64,000 bases of DNA, taken from the NCBI RefSeq assembly GCF_023055435.1, contig NW_025963890.1, positions 57,288,001 to 57,352,000 on the forward strand, read 5' to 3'. The first letter of the stretch is position 1. Each line of letters begins with the position of its first letter. Shown here piece by piece: positions 50,439 through 62,192 of this stretch. A program made the translations under genes and the position numbers. The notes beneath the pieces were generated by a model. That model made no database searches. It was not told where the DNA came from and saw only the letters and a program-made list of their open reading frames with translations. The stretch comes from Haliotis rufescens. Its lineage: Eukaryota.

Positions 50439-51307
50439 ATGAAGACAGCAATTTGTGCTCTTTTCGCCTTCGTGGCAGTCACTATTCATGGTAGGTGATG
50501 GCAGCTTCAAAAATAAATGTTCGTAATGCTTTCGTGTCCCCTGAAAACAAACGACTGCACATTGCATAAAATGTGGCCGAGTTAGTACGACGAATTCCTG
50601 TATTTCCTAATGCTGTTTTCGGGCCATATTTCCGCAATATTTCCCTTGATTACGTTCTATTTAGATATGAGAATAACAGTTCTTTTTTCAAAACAACTGC
50701 TTCAGCTCAGAATAGTGTCGTCCCCGGGAATACAGCGTCCAACGTGCCCCTCGGAAACGGTGTTCCTTTCTCACCTGCACAGCATCCGAGCCCGATGCAT
50801 GTCTAAAGATATTCCAAACATATTTCATAGAATACAATGTTTTCCTTTGAAGAATGACTGGAAATATGTTCTTTTTCAGCTCAGAACAGTGTTGCCCCCG
50901 GAATGACGGCATCTAGCGTTCCCCTCGGCAACAACGTCAACGGCATACCCCTCGCACCTGCACAGCATCCGAGCCCGATGCCAGGCGCTCTCTTGTCCCA
51001 TGCCAGTAATGTCTTCAATAACAACCACCCGACGGCTGCCACCAACAATCACCACGCCAACAACGCTGCCCAGTCCCCCATGAACTATCTCCCTTTCATG
51101 ATGGGGGGTGACAACGGGCGCAGGATGGCCATGTACAGCATGATGATGAACCCAAGGCAGTCCAACAATATGATGCTCCCTTTCGCCATGATGAACGGCG
51201 TCGACAACATGTGGCCCATGATGGCTCTCATGAGCAATCGCAACCAGAGAGGCGGACGAGGCTTCGACCCTATGACGATGATGTTTCTTGGAAGCGAGAT
51301 GATGTAA
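50439..51307 (+). CDS. Secreted Met/Asn-rich protein, paralog 7 (159 aa)
   Basis: join(50439..50490, 50880..51307); signal MKTAICALFAFVAVTIHA; a competing upstream acceptor lies at 50706; AATAAA at 51424. Confidence 0.85.
50706..50806 (+). pseudogene. Truncated duplicate of the 5' part of exon 3, within intron 2 of paralog 7
   Basis: TTCAG|CTCAGAATAGTGTC... encodes AQNSVVPGNTASNVPLGNGVPFSPAQHPSPMHV*. Confidence 0.85.
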
Positions 51308-51874
51308 CCACAACCCTCTGATTGTCTTAATTTATCCATTTCATGTCACCTATTTATAGATGTACGAACTAACTGCCCAGCTATTACCGACCCCTGACAG
51401 TTTAGTGTTTCTGAGGACTAAGCAATAAAGATGCATTGACATGTTACAATATCTCTTTGTACCATTCTCTTTTATAGAAAGCAGTTTTACTCGTTGGCCA
51501 ATGACACTTGACAATGGTCGCCTTCACGTAAAACCTTGAAATACACTGATATTTTATGATTTTTTACAAACATCATCAGCAACTTCAATCATCGACAAGG
51601 CTTTTCAAATGTACAACTGAATCAATATTAGTTCATTAGTTCATCGTTTAGTTACTAGTATTAACCCCTTCACGTGATGTGATTGTCACTTAACTGTTCT
51701 TCTCACAGAAGGTACTTATATTTCAAGCAGTTGGTATTGCAAATGGAATGAATATTCTGAGTGAACCGTGAAATAAAATCTAACAATTAAATATCGCATA
51801 TTTTTCTCAACTTCTTTCAGTGAGTTAGTGAGTCAGTAAGGAGGGTTTTACTAAGTCCAACTAGGATCTACATA

Positions 51875-52452
51875 CACATAGCTACACAAAAACAAATGTC
51901 TTTAGCGGGAATTACTAGCCAATATCATCCACAAACACTATATTTGTGTGTTATACATACAGCTATACAAATACATATAGCTTTAGCGGGAATTACTAGC
52001 CAACATCATCCACATACACTTTAGTCGTGTGTTATACATACAGCTATACGAATACATATAGCTTTAGCGGGAATTACTAGTCTATACCATCCACATACAC
52101 TAGATTCGTGTGTTGTACATACAGCTATACGAATACATATAGCTTTAGCGGGAATTACTAGTCTATACCATCCACATACACTAGATTCGTGTGTTGTACA
52201 TACAGCTAAACAAATACATATAGCTTTAGCGGGAATTACTAGTCTATACCATCCACATACACTATATTTGTGTGTTGTACATACAGCTATACAAATACAT
52301 ATAGTTTTAGCGGGAATTACTAGTCTATACCATCCACATACACTAGATTCGTGTGTTGTACATACAGCTATACGAATACATATAGTTTTAGCGTGAATTA
52401 CTAGTCCATACCATCCACATACACTAGATTCGTGTTATACATATAGCTATAT
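51875..52452. repeat. 81-bp minisatellite, about 7 copies
   Basis: GCGGGAATTACTAG recurs at 51986, 52067, 52148 and onward. Confidence 0.92.
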
Positions 52453-53061
52453 GAATTATGGGTCAGCACCATATATAGCCATGAAAAAACTACACCGCCG
52501 TTTAGTATCCTTTCAAGCGTTTCAATTAATCTGATACTGGCATGACACACATATGGCATAAATACATACACCACACAATGAGACTGATATGTGGTCACCA
52601 ACCACGATAGGTTATATATATTACGATAATAGTAATCCAAAACAAACTTGTGTAAGTCAATATGAAAGCTGCGAAGAGCACATTTTCATGTGAATTTAGT
52701 TTCAGAAAATGCAAAACGAAAACTACAACAAATTCGAATTCGTTTATTTTTTATATGAGATATCAATATGTACAGCCTCTTTAAGGAGGTTGATCAAATG
52801 ACCAAGCTTTAAACATTTTTACCCAAATTATAATAATGATGACTCCCTGAATAGAATACGACCTCGGCAATGTCGGACGATTCCATTTTACGAACAGGTG
52901 GGTTAGGTTTGGTATTTCCCGCATATTCTCACAATCCTCACGTCGATTATCTGTACTTTTTCTATTAAAAAAAATATCTTTATTTCTGTATAAATTACCA
53001 CCAAAGACAATAAATAGATCTTAATTGTGCACCCCCCTTTTCCAAAAATCTGTATCCGCCC

Positions 53062-53395
53062 ATGCCAGCCCTTGGTGTCTACATTTCACAACTTTTGAGG
53101 TATAATCAAGCATGCTCTTTCTACCCAGATTTCAAAGAGCGTCATACACCTCATGCTCAGGAGTTGTTTGATCAAGGTTACAACATACAAGGCCTCAGTA
53201 AAGCTTTCCCAAAAAATTATGGTTGACATTTCCAAATTTGACGCATCAGTGACACAAATGATGCCCGATGCAATTCCCTATTTTGACTTGTACCATATGT
53301 TCCCGTGTTTCTTTTACAGATGAACAAGTGACTTGCCTTTGCATGTGTTTGTGACGGGTGCTCACCTTTTTGCGAACACCTGGTATCATTACTAT
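53062..53395 (+). mobile_element. Naiad-type PLE 3' fragment
   Basis: PALGVYISQLLRYNQACSFYPDFKERHTPHAQELFDQGY...; homologous to 31240-31500. Confidence 0.75.
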
Positions 53396-53769
53396 TTGGT
53401 AGTGATTCATAAACACATGCTCATGATATAGTCGGAATCGTACTATAGACTCTGCTTTATGCAGAGATTTCTATTGGATATGGAAAGGGTTTTGCAGCTT
53501 TATTCACATGGGTATTGTCAGCCCGCTGACATTGAGTCACACATATTCCTACTTTGTGCATCAATTGTATTGTGGAAAGTTTTACATTCTTTCGTCCAAA
53601 CGGTTTCATCTTAACCTGTTTACTATTGGAATAACGAAACCTACATCAGACAATATCTGTAACCGCGGTGCTTCCTTGGTGTAAGGTATAAGAAACTATG
53701 ATATAAATTTGGGTAATGTCAGATTCCAGCCTTGCGACCATTACTTGGGCGTTCATCCACTGCATACAA

Positions 53770-53950
53770 TACCCGTGGGTTAGTTAAGGTCACGTGAACC
53801 TGTGGTGGTCGTAAAAGAGGACTAAACGGATCAGGTGGTGGGACTCGGTGACTTCGATTTTTGTGTTTTACCGAACCCGTAAGGTGTGGATCGTTACACA
53901 TAAATATTAATCACTGGGTTCCCTGGTCTTGATTCGACCACTTACAGGTA
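53770..53950 (+). mobile_element. Old, diverged copy of family B
   Basis: GGTCGTAAAAGAGGACTAAACGGATCAGGTGGT...AATCACTGG..CTGGTC aligns loosely to family B. Confidence 0.5.
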
Positions 53951-55504
53951 GCAACAAAATACTTCCTTTTATATACAAGTTGTGTTAATAGCTGGGCTAT
54001 CGGTAGGGCAGGATAATAACATGCGTCCCTCTTTCGCGGACACCTGATTTTCATTGATAAATTCAAGTCAAATGAAATCTGTTTCGGCGGATAATCGAGA
54101 CTGGTTATTCTCTGGCGTGGACGTTTTATATTTACAGCTGCAATGCTGATGAGTGTGGCGTTGAACAACAATGTATAAATGAAATAGGTGGTAATTGTCC
54201 TAGGGGACAATTGTCCTTTTTGCAATTGTCCTTCTCCATCAACATAATACATATACATAGAGACGTACATCTACGGTACCATATATTTGTATTGAAATGA
54301 TATTGAAATAAGGGCAGAAAGCAGAAACAAAACTTGTGTGAGGATTTCCGGGATGTGACTGGTTTATTTGCTGCTTCATCAAATTCAAAAAGTGACGTTT
54401 ACAAAGTATATCTTCACCTTTTGACGTTTATACGATTTTTGACCGGAACTACTTTTCACGATGAATCCCCGAGTTGAAGATTTCTCTTTGATCCACTGCT
54501 TACCACGATCTTGAAGATCGGCAATATTGGACAATATAATAACAATATAATAACAATAATAATAATCCTATTTTAACAACGTTTCATTAAAACACTTAAT
54601 TACATATTCGCATTAAGCAATGGATGCCAGAGGGACATATGTGTCCCTCTTCTTCAACTCTCAAGTTGAAGTTTTGTTTGTTTGTTGTTAACGCCGCACT
54701 CAGCAATATTCCAGCTATATGACGGCGGTCACGTTGAAGTAGAAAATAATTAAATTAATAAATATACATAAGGCACACAAGATTTCAATTCTGTGGGAAA
54801 TTCACTGTTCAGTGATATCATCCACTGTCATTTTAGGCAAACCAAAATTATTTAAAATGACCTTGAAAATTTGGAACTTCGTAAATCTCGCCAATACTGT
54901 CGCAAGCTGCGCCGTTTACACTGTTCAAAGCGTTCATACTCCAGTAAACCAACACAATACGACAATCATTTCTTACTTGAAAACAATTATATGTGTTCAA
55001 ACATCACTCTTAATATACTATGGTGATTTCATAATAGATCATAATCGTATATTAAAACTTTAAACAAAATGGGAATTAAATAAAGAAATAAGCCAGACAA
55101 TGCAAGTGAGATCAGTAATTCATAGTTAAGATCACACGAATCATATCTAAAGCAAAGATGTCAAACTAATTTAAGTTACAGCCCTCAATGGCAAAGGTAT
55201 ATTGTATTCCGGACAGGTGCTTGTATCTTCCTGTGGTCATTAGCCATGACCTAATCTCTAAATGATGCTCTAAATGTACACTTATGTCATGAACATACTC
55301 CCTGGTGACACGCAAGATGCATGTGTACATCCCTCGTTATTGTTACAGCTTACCCCACTGTGTCCATACGCCTGCAGGGACAGTCGCGGTGCAGGACATA
55401 GTGTAATATGTACCACGATTAGTTCATGTGTTATGTAATTGTGACATGTTTGATGAAGATGTATCAACTCGTTTGACGTGTCTTAATGCCATTCACATCC
55501 AGTG

Positions 55505-55583
55505 TACAGTATATATTGGGAACCGTCTCTGTTGTCGCTCACCAGACACATCTCCTCTTGCTTGTTAACTGACGTAGGCCCAG
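55505..55583 (+). promoter_or_regulatory. Candidate TATA box and non-coding exon 1 of paralog 8
   Basis: TATATAT at 55510-55516 and a strong donor CAG|GTGAGT at 55583/55584, with the same ~70-nt spacing as in the other paralogs. Confidence 0.55.
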
Positions 55584-55790
55584 GTGAGTTGAGGTCTTCC
55601 TATCAATGGTATTTTCAATGCAACTGGATCAATTGCTTTTTGCAATGTTCTGGTTTTTAGCATGCATTGTTATACTGATGTTAAATTATTTGAGGATTTT
55701 CTTCAGGAAAATGTTTTATTTTATAGTTGGTAATATACTGATGCTTTTTTCACCATCACCTTATATAACATATACACTCTACTCACAAAC

Positions 55791-56032
55791 GGGGCGGTGG
55801 GGGTGCGGTAACAATATTCAAAGTTTATGCGGCGGATTCTGGTGTTACACGGTTTCAGCGACTTCAGGGCGGTCGGGTGGCCTAGTGGTTAAAGCGTTCG
55901 GTCGTCACGCCGAAGACCCGGGTTCGATTTCCGACATGGGTACAATGGGTGAAGGCCATTTCTGGTGTCCCCCGCCGTGATATTGCTGGAATATTGCTAA
56001 AAGCGGCGTAAAACCATACTCACTCACTCACT
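55791..56032 (+). mobile_element. SINE family A with extra sequence in its 5' end
   Basis: Duplicated GGGCGGT start around a ~57-nt insert; flanked by ACT(C/T)ACAAAC. Confidence 0.85.
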
Positions 56033-56059
56033 TACAAACTAGTTTCAAATATATAATAT

Positions 56060-56262
56060 TGTTCCTGGGGCGTGCCAGAAACCTATGATCCTGAGTTCAA
56101 ATCCCAGCTTCAGCTTGTCAACTGCGTACTAATCTTTTGGATTTCACCAAAGTGGTAAATGCCAAAGGTCTGCATCTGTTCGGGCTTACTTCCAACATGA
56201 CGCTGCCACGACGTGATGTAACGGAAATACTGTTCAAATCGGTGTAAAACTAAACCCAGTCC
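56060..56262 (+). mobile_element. Diverged partial SINE family C
   Basis: GCCAGAAACCTATGA..GAGTTCAAATCCC..GGATTTCACCAAAGTGGTAAA. Confidence 0.7.
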
Positions 56263-56328
56263 GCTAATATTGTATTGAATATATGATGAATATTCACAAT
56301 TTCTCTTTACAGAAAATAACATACAGAC

Positions 56329-56681
56329 ATGAAAGTATTTTGCATCTGTATAGCTCTGTTTGGCGTTGCAGTTTACGGTAAGTAAACATATCATGGATTT
56401 CTTATAAAGATAATGTTCTACCGCTCCTCAAATATGTATACGTACCTATACCTCTCACCCCACAACACTTCTTTAAGACGTGAGATATATATTGTACTCT
56501 GCGAATCATGTCTATTAGTATGTAAGACGCATAGAAAATGCTATAATTGCGTGTATTTAATGTCGAAATCACATGGTCGATAGGCTTGATAAAATGAAAA
56601 TTACCAAAAACGAACAAATGGTTAAAACGATCTCTTATGATTATGGTCGGTAGTAGTAGTAGAAGAAGAAGTAGTAGTAGT

Positions 56682-56760
<79 letters not shown>

Positions 56761-57210
56761 AACCTTAATTCACATGAAACATTTTTGCTACCAGCTCAAG
56801 CCCCTCCATCAAGTCATCCTACCTTGAACATCCAAGCCTACCCCACGGCGAATACCTACTCTTACCCAATGTCAAACAACTACGCCTACCGAGGGAACAA
56901 CGGCAACATCATGTCGTCTTACAGTGGTTACCATAGCAACGCCGCGTCAACTCAAAATGGTTACCAGAGCAACAACAACATCAACTCTTTCCTGCTTCCA
57001 ATGATGATGGGTATGGATCAAGGAAATCACATGGCAACTCTCGGAATGATGATGAACTCCAAACAGGGCAACAGCATGCTCCCCTTCTACATGATGAACC
57101 AAGGGTATGAGAACATGCTACCCATGATGGCCTTCATGAACCGCGGCAACCAGAGAGGCCAGAGGATGAACCCCTTCATGATGATGACTCTTAGTGAAGC
57201 GATGAACTGA
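56329..57210 (+). CDS. Divergent secreted Met/Asn/Tyr-rich paralog 8 (154 aa)
   Basis: join(56329..56377, 56795..57210); signal MKVFCICIALFGVAVYA then QAPP...; same phase-1 intron. The C-terminal domain aligns with paralogs 1-7 (LPMMMG..MMMN..Q.N.MLPF.MMN...NM.PMMA.MN..NQRG...P..MM). AATAAA at 57359. Confidence 0.9.
56650..56760. repeat. (TAG/CAG/AAG)n microsatellite in intron 2 of paralog 8
   Basis: Seen directly. Confidence 0.95.
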
Positions 57211-57574
57211 GGAACATTGTCTTAACTGTGTCATTTATATTTATGAAGGGAATACAAGGGGTTGGTTATTTAAGCATTTTCCGGATGAACATCCTCGATG
57301 CAGTCATTACTTACATCATTATTTATTAATCAGCTGCATATTTCATATATAGTCATTGAATAAAATCTTTCGAATTATATGGTATTGATGTTTTGTATGT
57401 CTACATTTAGATGTAATGCCACTGAACTGATTATACAGTTTGTTTAAGTGGTTCTTAGTTAATAAAAGCGACAAAGCCCTTTCAGAATTCATAAGGAATC
57501 TTTGCCCAAAACTGAGTCGATTGTACGATTCCGACAATATAATGAGCACGTGCTTGTGAATCACTATCAAATAG

Positions 57575-57930
57575 TGATAATATCAGGTGTTCGCGAAAAA
57601 GGTGAGCGTATCCTGACCCACCGGTGGCACCTGTCACAAACACATGCAAAGGCAAGTCAACTGTTCACCTGAAAAAAAACACGGGAACATATGGTACAAG
57701 TCAATTGGGAATTGCAGAAGTTTTGTCACTGAAGCGTCAAATTTGGAAATGCCCTCTACAATAAAACGTTTTGAAAGCTTCACTGAGGCCTTTAAATGTT
57801 CTAACCTTGATCAAACAACTTCTGATCAAGTGGTGTATGACGCTCTTTTAAATCTTGATAGAGAAAGCATACTCGATTGTACCTCAAAAGTTGTGAAAAG
57901 TAGACACTAAGGGCTGAAGCTGCAGGAATA
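57575..57930 (-). mobile_element. Naiad-type PLE 3' fragment
   Basis: Reverse complement is homologous to 53062-53395 and includes an intact 3' motif. Confidence 0.75.
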
Positions 57931-58679
57931 TGTAAGTAAGTAAATGTGTTATATGGGTCTGTTGGTCTAAAGGACAAACCAAGATTGTCATTGTCATTGT
58001 CGCTGTCATATTAGGCTTTGAGATCAATCTTGCTATGGAAGTATGTATGTAAATATTCACAGTTCATTTGAAATTCTTTCTCGTACAGATTCCTTTACGT
58101 TATAATACAGGAACGTTTCACGACAACTGGTATGTTACTTTATTGTCCAAACAACATTGTGTCATCAACGGGTATGTTTCTGTGACCAACGCGATCGGTC
58201 ACCTCAATCTATCAATGTGTGATTTTCACGGCTTCATTTTAATTAGCGGAAGCACAAAACAGAAAATGTTATGCATAACATGTTTGCATCATATGTTTAG
58301 CGTGTGTCATCAGTTCGATTGTCAACCATGGGTATTAGTATTACATTAAACTGTCTTCTGAGATAATTTTAGTATGTTTGCGATAGTACAATGATTGCTA
58401 TGGCCATATAAATACATGCCGTATACAGCAAACGTAAATTATAGACACTTTTTTTCAAAATTACTTATTGGCTTCAGTTTCAATAGGTTGCCCGGTCCCT
58501 GGTCCTTAGATGGATGATATAATTACTATAATTACCATTTGAGTTCAACTAAATATGGGATGATATCGAAAGTTAAAGAAAGGCTAATCGCGGCATGGTT
58601 GTTCGGTGAAAATGTATAATAATTATATATATCAACATTCATCAGTACATCGGTAAAAAAAGTATGAGGTATGAGGTTG

Positions 58680-58804
58680 GATGGTTGGTTGGTTGGTTAT
58701 TTAACGCGCAATATTCAAGCTCTGTGACGGCGGTCTGTAAATAATCGAGTCTTGACCAGACTATCCAGTGATTGTCATCATGAGCATCGGTCCACGCAAT
58801 TGGG
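58680..58804 (-). mobile_element. Family B 3' half
   Basis: GGCGGTCTGTAAATAATCGAGTC..GACCAGAC matches family B; cut off at the minisatellite. Confidence 0.75.
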
Positions 58805-59730
58805 AGACGGGTCTATGAGAAATAACCAATGATCCAATATATATATATAGACAGACGGGTCTATGAGAAATAACCAATGATCCAATATATTTATATAGAC
58901 AGACGGGTCTATGAGAAATAACCAATGATCCAATATATATATATATAAACAGACGGGTCTATGAGAAATAACCAATGATCCAATATTTATATATAGACAG
59001 ACGGGTCTATGAGAAATAACCAATGATCCAATATATATATATAGACAGACGGGTCTATGAGAAATAACCAATAATCCAATATATATATATAGACAGACGG
59101 GTCTATGAGAAATAACCAATGATCCAATATATATATATAGACAGACGGGTCTATGAGAAATAACCAATGATCCAATATATATATATAGACAGACGGGTCT
59201 ATGAGAAATAACCAATGATCCAATATATATATATAGACAGACGGGTCTATGAGAAATAACCAATGATCCAATATATATATATATAGACAGACGGGTCTAT
59301 GAGAAATAACCAATGATCCAATATATATATATATAGACAGACGGGTCTATGAGAAATAACCAATGATCCAATATATATATATAGACAGACGGGTCTATGA
59401 GAAATAACCAATGATCCAATATATATATATAGACAGACGGGTCTATGAGAAATAACCAATGATCCAATATATATATATAGACAGACGGGTCTATGAGAAA
59501 TAACCAATGATCCAATATATATATATAGACAGACGGGTCTATGAGAAATAACCAATGATCCAATATATATATATATATAGACAGACGGGTCTATGAGAAA
59601 TAACCAATGATCCAATATATATATATATAGACAGACGGGTCTATGAGAAATAACCAATGATCCAATATATATATATAGACAGACGGGTCTATGAGAAATA
59701 ACCAATGATCCAATATATATATATAGACAG
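58805..59730. repeat. ~48-bp minisatellite with an embedded variable (TA)n, about 19 copies
   Basis: Unit AGACGGGTCTATGAGAAATAACCAATGATCCAA(TA)nGAC. Confidence 0.97.
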
Positions 59731-60485
59731 CGCTAATTTGAATAACAGGATACGGATAACAATTGCATGTTGGAAAAGATCACAGATATCGTATACAACT
59801 TCCGCTTGGAAGGAAAACTAACATTATATAAGCATACGCATTTGTTCAAGATTACCTTCAATCCAATCACTGCTGTGTTGCTTGGCAATGCAAGACCCGA
59901 ATAGAATATAGAGATAACTACACGAGTGTCTGTCAGATACCATTTATCTTACCCAAGTGGCTTCAAAACCTATCTAACGGGGGAAAGCGACAGGCATGAG
60001 TTCAGTCATATGTTTCTTACACACCCTTAAGTGGCACCAGAGAATAAAAGCATCGAATCTGTTCGTTTTTTGTCAATTTTCACGATCACTCTGGCGCAAA
60101 TATATATAACACATCGATTATGAGTGACGTCACATGAGTGTAAGAAATAACATTTACCATAGATATAGTTTGCTGATATGTTTGTCACGATTTGAGAAAA
60201 AAACCAGCCTTTAATATAATGTACAACCACTTCCAGAAATTAGAAGTAATACTTCTACATTATCGGTAGCTATACTAATATTTTTAGGAACGCAGACAAT
60301 GCAAAAATCGTCTTGTACGCGTACAACTGCGTTACTATATCTACATCAATGCTGCATTTACCGTGAGTACGACCATGCACCTGATTCCGTTGGCTTGACT
60401 GTATCCTCCATGGCCACCACTTATCATTAAAGGTTCCAATGGGACGTTCCAAAATTAGAAAATGCTCAATTTGTAATCTCTATTT

Positions 60486-60730
60486 ATTTGTTTGTTTGTT
60501 TATTTGTTTTTAACGCCGCACCTATTTGACGGCGGTCTTTAAATAATCGAGTCTGGACCAGACAATCCAGTGATTGACATCATGAGCATCGATCCACGCA
60601 ATTGGGATACGATGACATGCATCATTCAAGTCAGCGAGCCTGACCACCCGATCCAATTAGTCGCCTCTTACTACTCTTTACGACAAGCATGGGTTGCTGA
60701 AGACCTATTCTATCCCAATTCCCCGGGTCT
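60486..60730 (-). mobile_element. SINE-like family B with TSD
   Basis: TSD TTGTAATCTCTA. Confidence 0.85.
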
Positions 60731-61087
60731 TGTAATCTCTAATAGTTTCTGCATTGAAACATTTTGGGGAAATTCAAGGACAGAACATGTACTTGGCTGA
60801 TTGTGTGCCATCGTTCCGACAAGGCAAGAATAAATGCTCCTGTTATCAACTATTGGTTGAAAGTGAAATATTTACAGAGTTGCATTAACTTTCTCTTTAT
60901 TGAAACCCCAAACGCCATACAGATGAAGAGAGTTGCTCTTATGGCTCATCGCTTAACACGTTAACGTGAATGTTATCCTTGCTTTGGGAGTTACTAGGAG
61001 ATAAACTGCAATTTCAACGGCGCTTCTATTGTGTCGAGCGTGCAGCAATAGGGCTCAACTGTCACTATTGGGACAACAATGTAAAAC

Positions 61088-61368
61088 GGGGGCACGGGTG
61101 GCCCAGTCGTCTTATGCGCCGCGATTCGCTGTGCAGAGTTGCGTCCCTTGGGCACGCCAGAAACCTATGATTGTGGGTTCGAATCCCGGTTCGCCCAAAT
61201 TATGTTTCTAGGTTTGTCAGCACCATACCCGTGCTCGTGGGTTTCACCGAAGTGATAAACCTCTTAGACCTGCATCACTTCGGCTTTCCTCCCACATTAA
61301 GCTGACACGCCGCGATATAACTGCAATAGTGTTAAAAGCGGCGTTAAACCCAACTCACTCACTCACTC
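61088..61368 (+). mobile_element. SINE family C, independent insertion
   Basis: TSD ACAATGTAAAAC; matches 39852-40135. Confidence 0.9.
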
Positions 61369-61443
61369 ACAATGTAAAACAGAGTGTTGTGCACTCACCT
61401 TACAACAATACAGTTAAAACGACACTGTTAATATAGTAGCTAT

Positions 61444-61614
61444 GGGGGGCGGTCGGGTAGCCAAGCGGTTAAAGAGATCGTTCGTCACGCCGATGACCTG
61501 GGTTCGATTCCCGACATGGGTCAATGTGAGAAGCCCATTTCTGGTGTCCCCCGCCGTGATATTGCTGCAATATTTCTAAAAGCGGCGTAAAATCTGACTC
61601 ACTCACTCACTCAC
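61444..61614 (+). mobile_element. SINE family A
   Basis: TSD TAGTAGCTAT at 61434-61443 and 61615-61624. Confidence 0.9.
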
Positions 61615-61729
61615 TAGTAGCTATAGTGTGAAATAAACAAACGCAATAACATTACATTAAAAGAGAGATGTTATTCAATAAACACTCATTATATAAAGGT
61701 ATTGGTTAATCATTCATAGATAAGTGTAT

Positions 61730-61974
61730 CTGTTTGTTTGTTTTCTGTTTAACGCCGCTCAGCAATATTCCAGCTATATGACGGCGGTCTGTAAATAATC
61801 GAGTCTAGACCAGACAATCTAGTGATTGACATCATGAACATCGATCCATGGCAATTTGGATACGATGACATCCATCAACCAGGTCAGCGAGCCTGACCAC
61901 CCGATCCCGTTAGTCGCACCATACGGCAAGCATGGGTTTCTGAAGACCTATTCTATCCCTGATCTTCACGGGTA
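61730..61974 (-). mobile_element. SINE-like family B, full length
   Basis: Complete head and tail; flanked by AGATAAGT. Confidence 0.85.
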
Positions 61975-62019
61975 CGCAGATAAGTACTCCTCTGACATTC
62001 ATAGCTGTGATGGTTTTGT

Positions 62020-62192
62020 CAATGTTCCTTATTCAACACTTCATGACGTTGTTGGTGTTGCTCTGGTAACCATTTCTGGTGGATGCGGCGTTGCTTTGGT
62101 AACCAATGTCAGACAACAAGATATTGCTGTTGTTAGACTGGTAGACGAAGCATGGGTATTTGTCGTGGGGTAAGCTGGTGCAGAGGCTTGGC
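62020..62192 (-). pseudogene. Inverted, frameshifted, internally deleted copy of paralog-8 exon 3 (paralog 9)
   Basis: Minus strand has the same acceptor as paralog 8 (ACATTTTTGCTACCAG|). It reads QASAPAYPTTNTH, then in a shifted frame VYQSNNSNILLSDIGYQSNAASTRNGYQSNTNNVMKC*, followed by the AGGAACATTG UTR start. Confidence 0.85.

Noticed and set aside
58778-59730. Repetitive ORFs and a CRISPR-like look of the 48-bp array
   Set aside because: The variable part is only (TA)n length, with no unique spacers or cas genes, and the context is eukaryotic; the ORFs are repeat translations.
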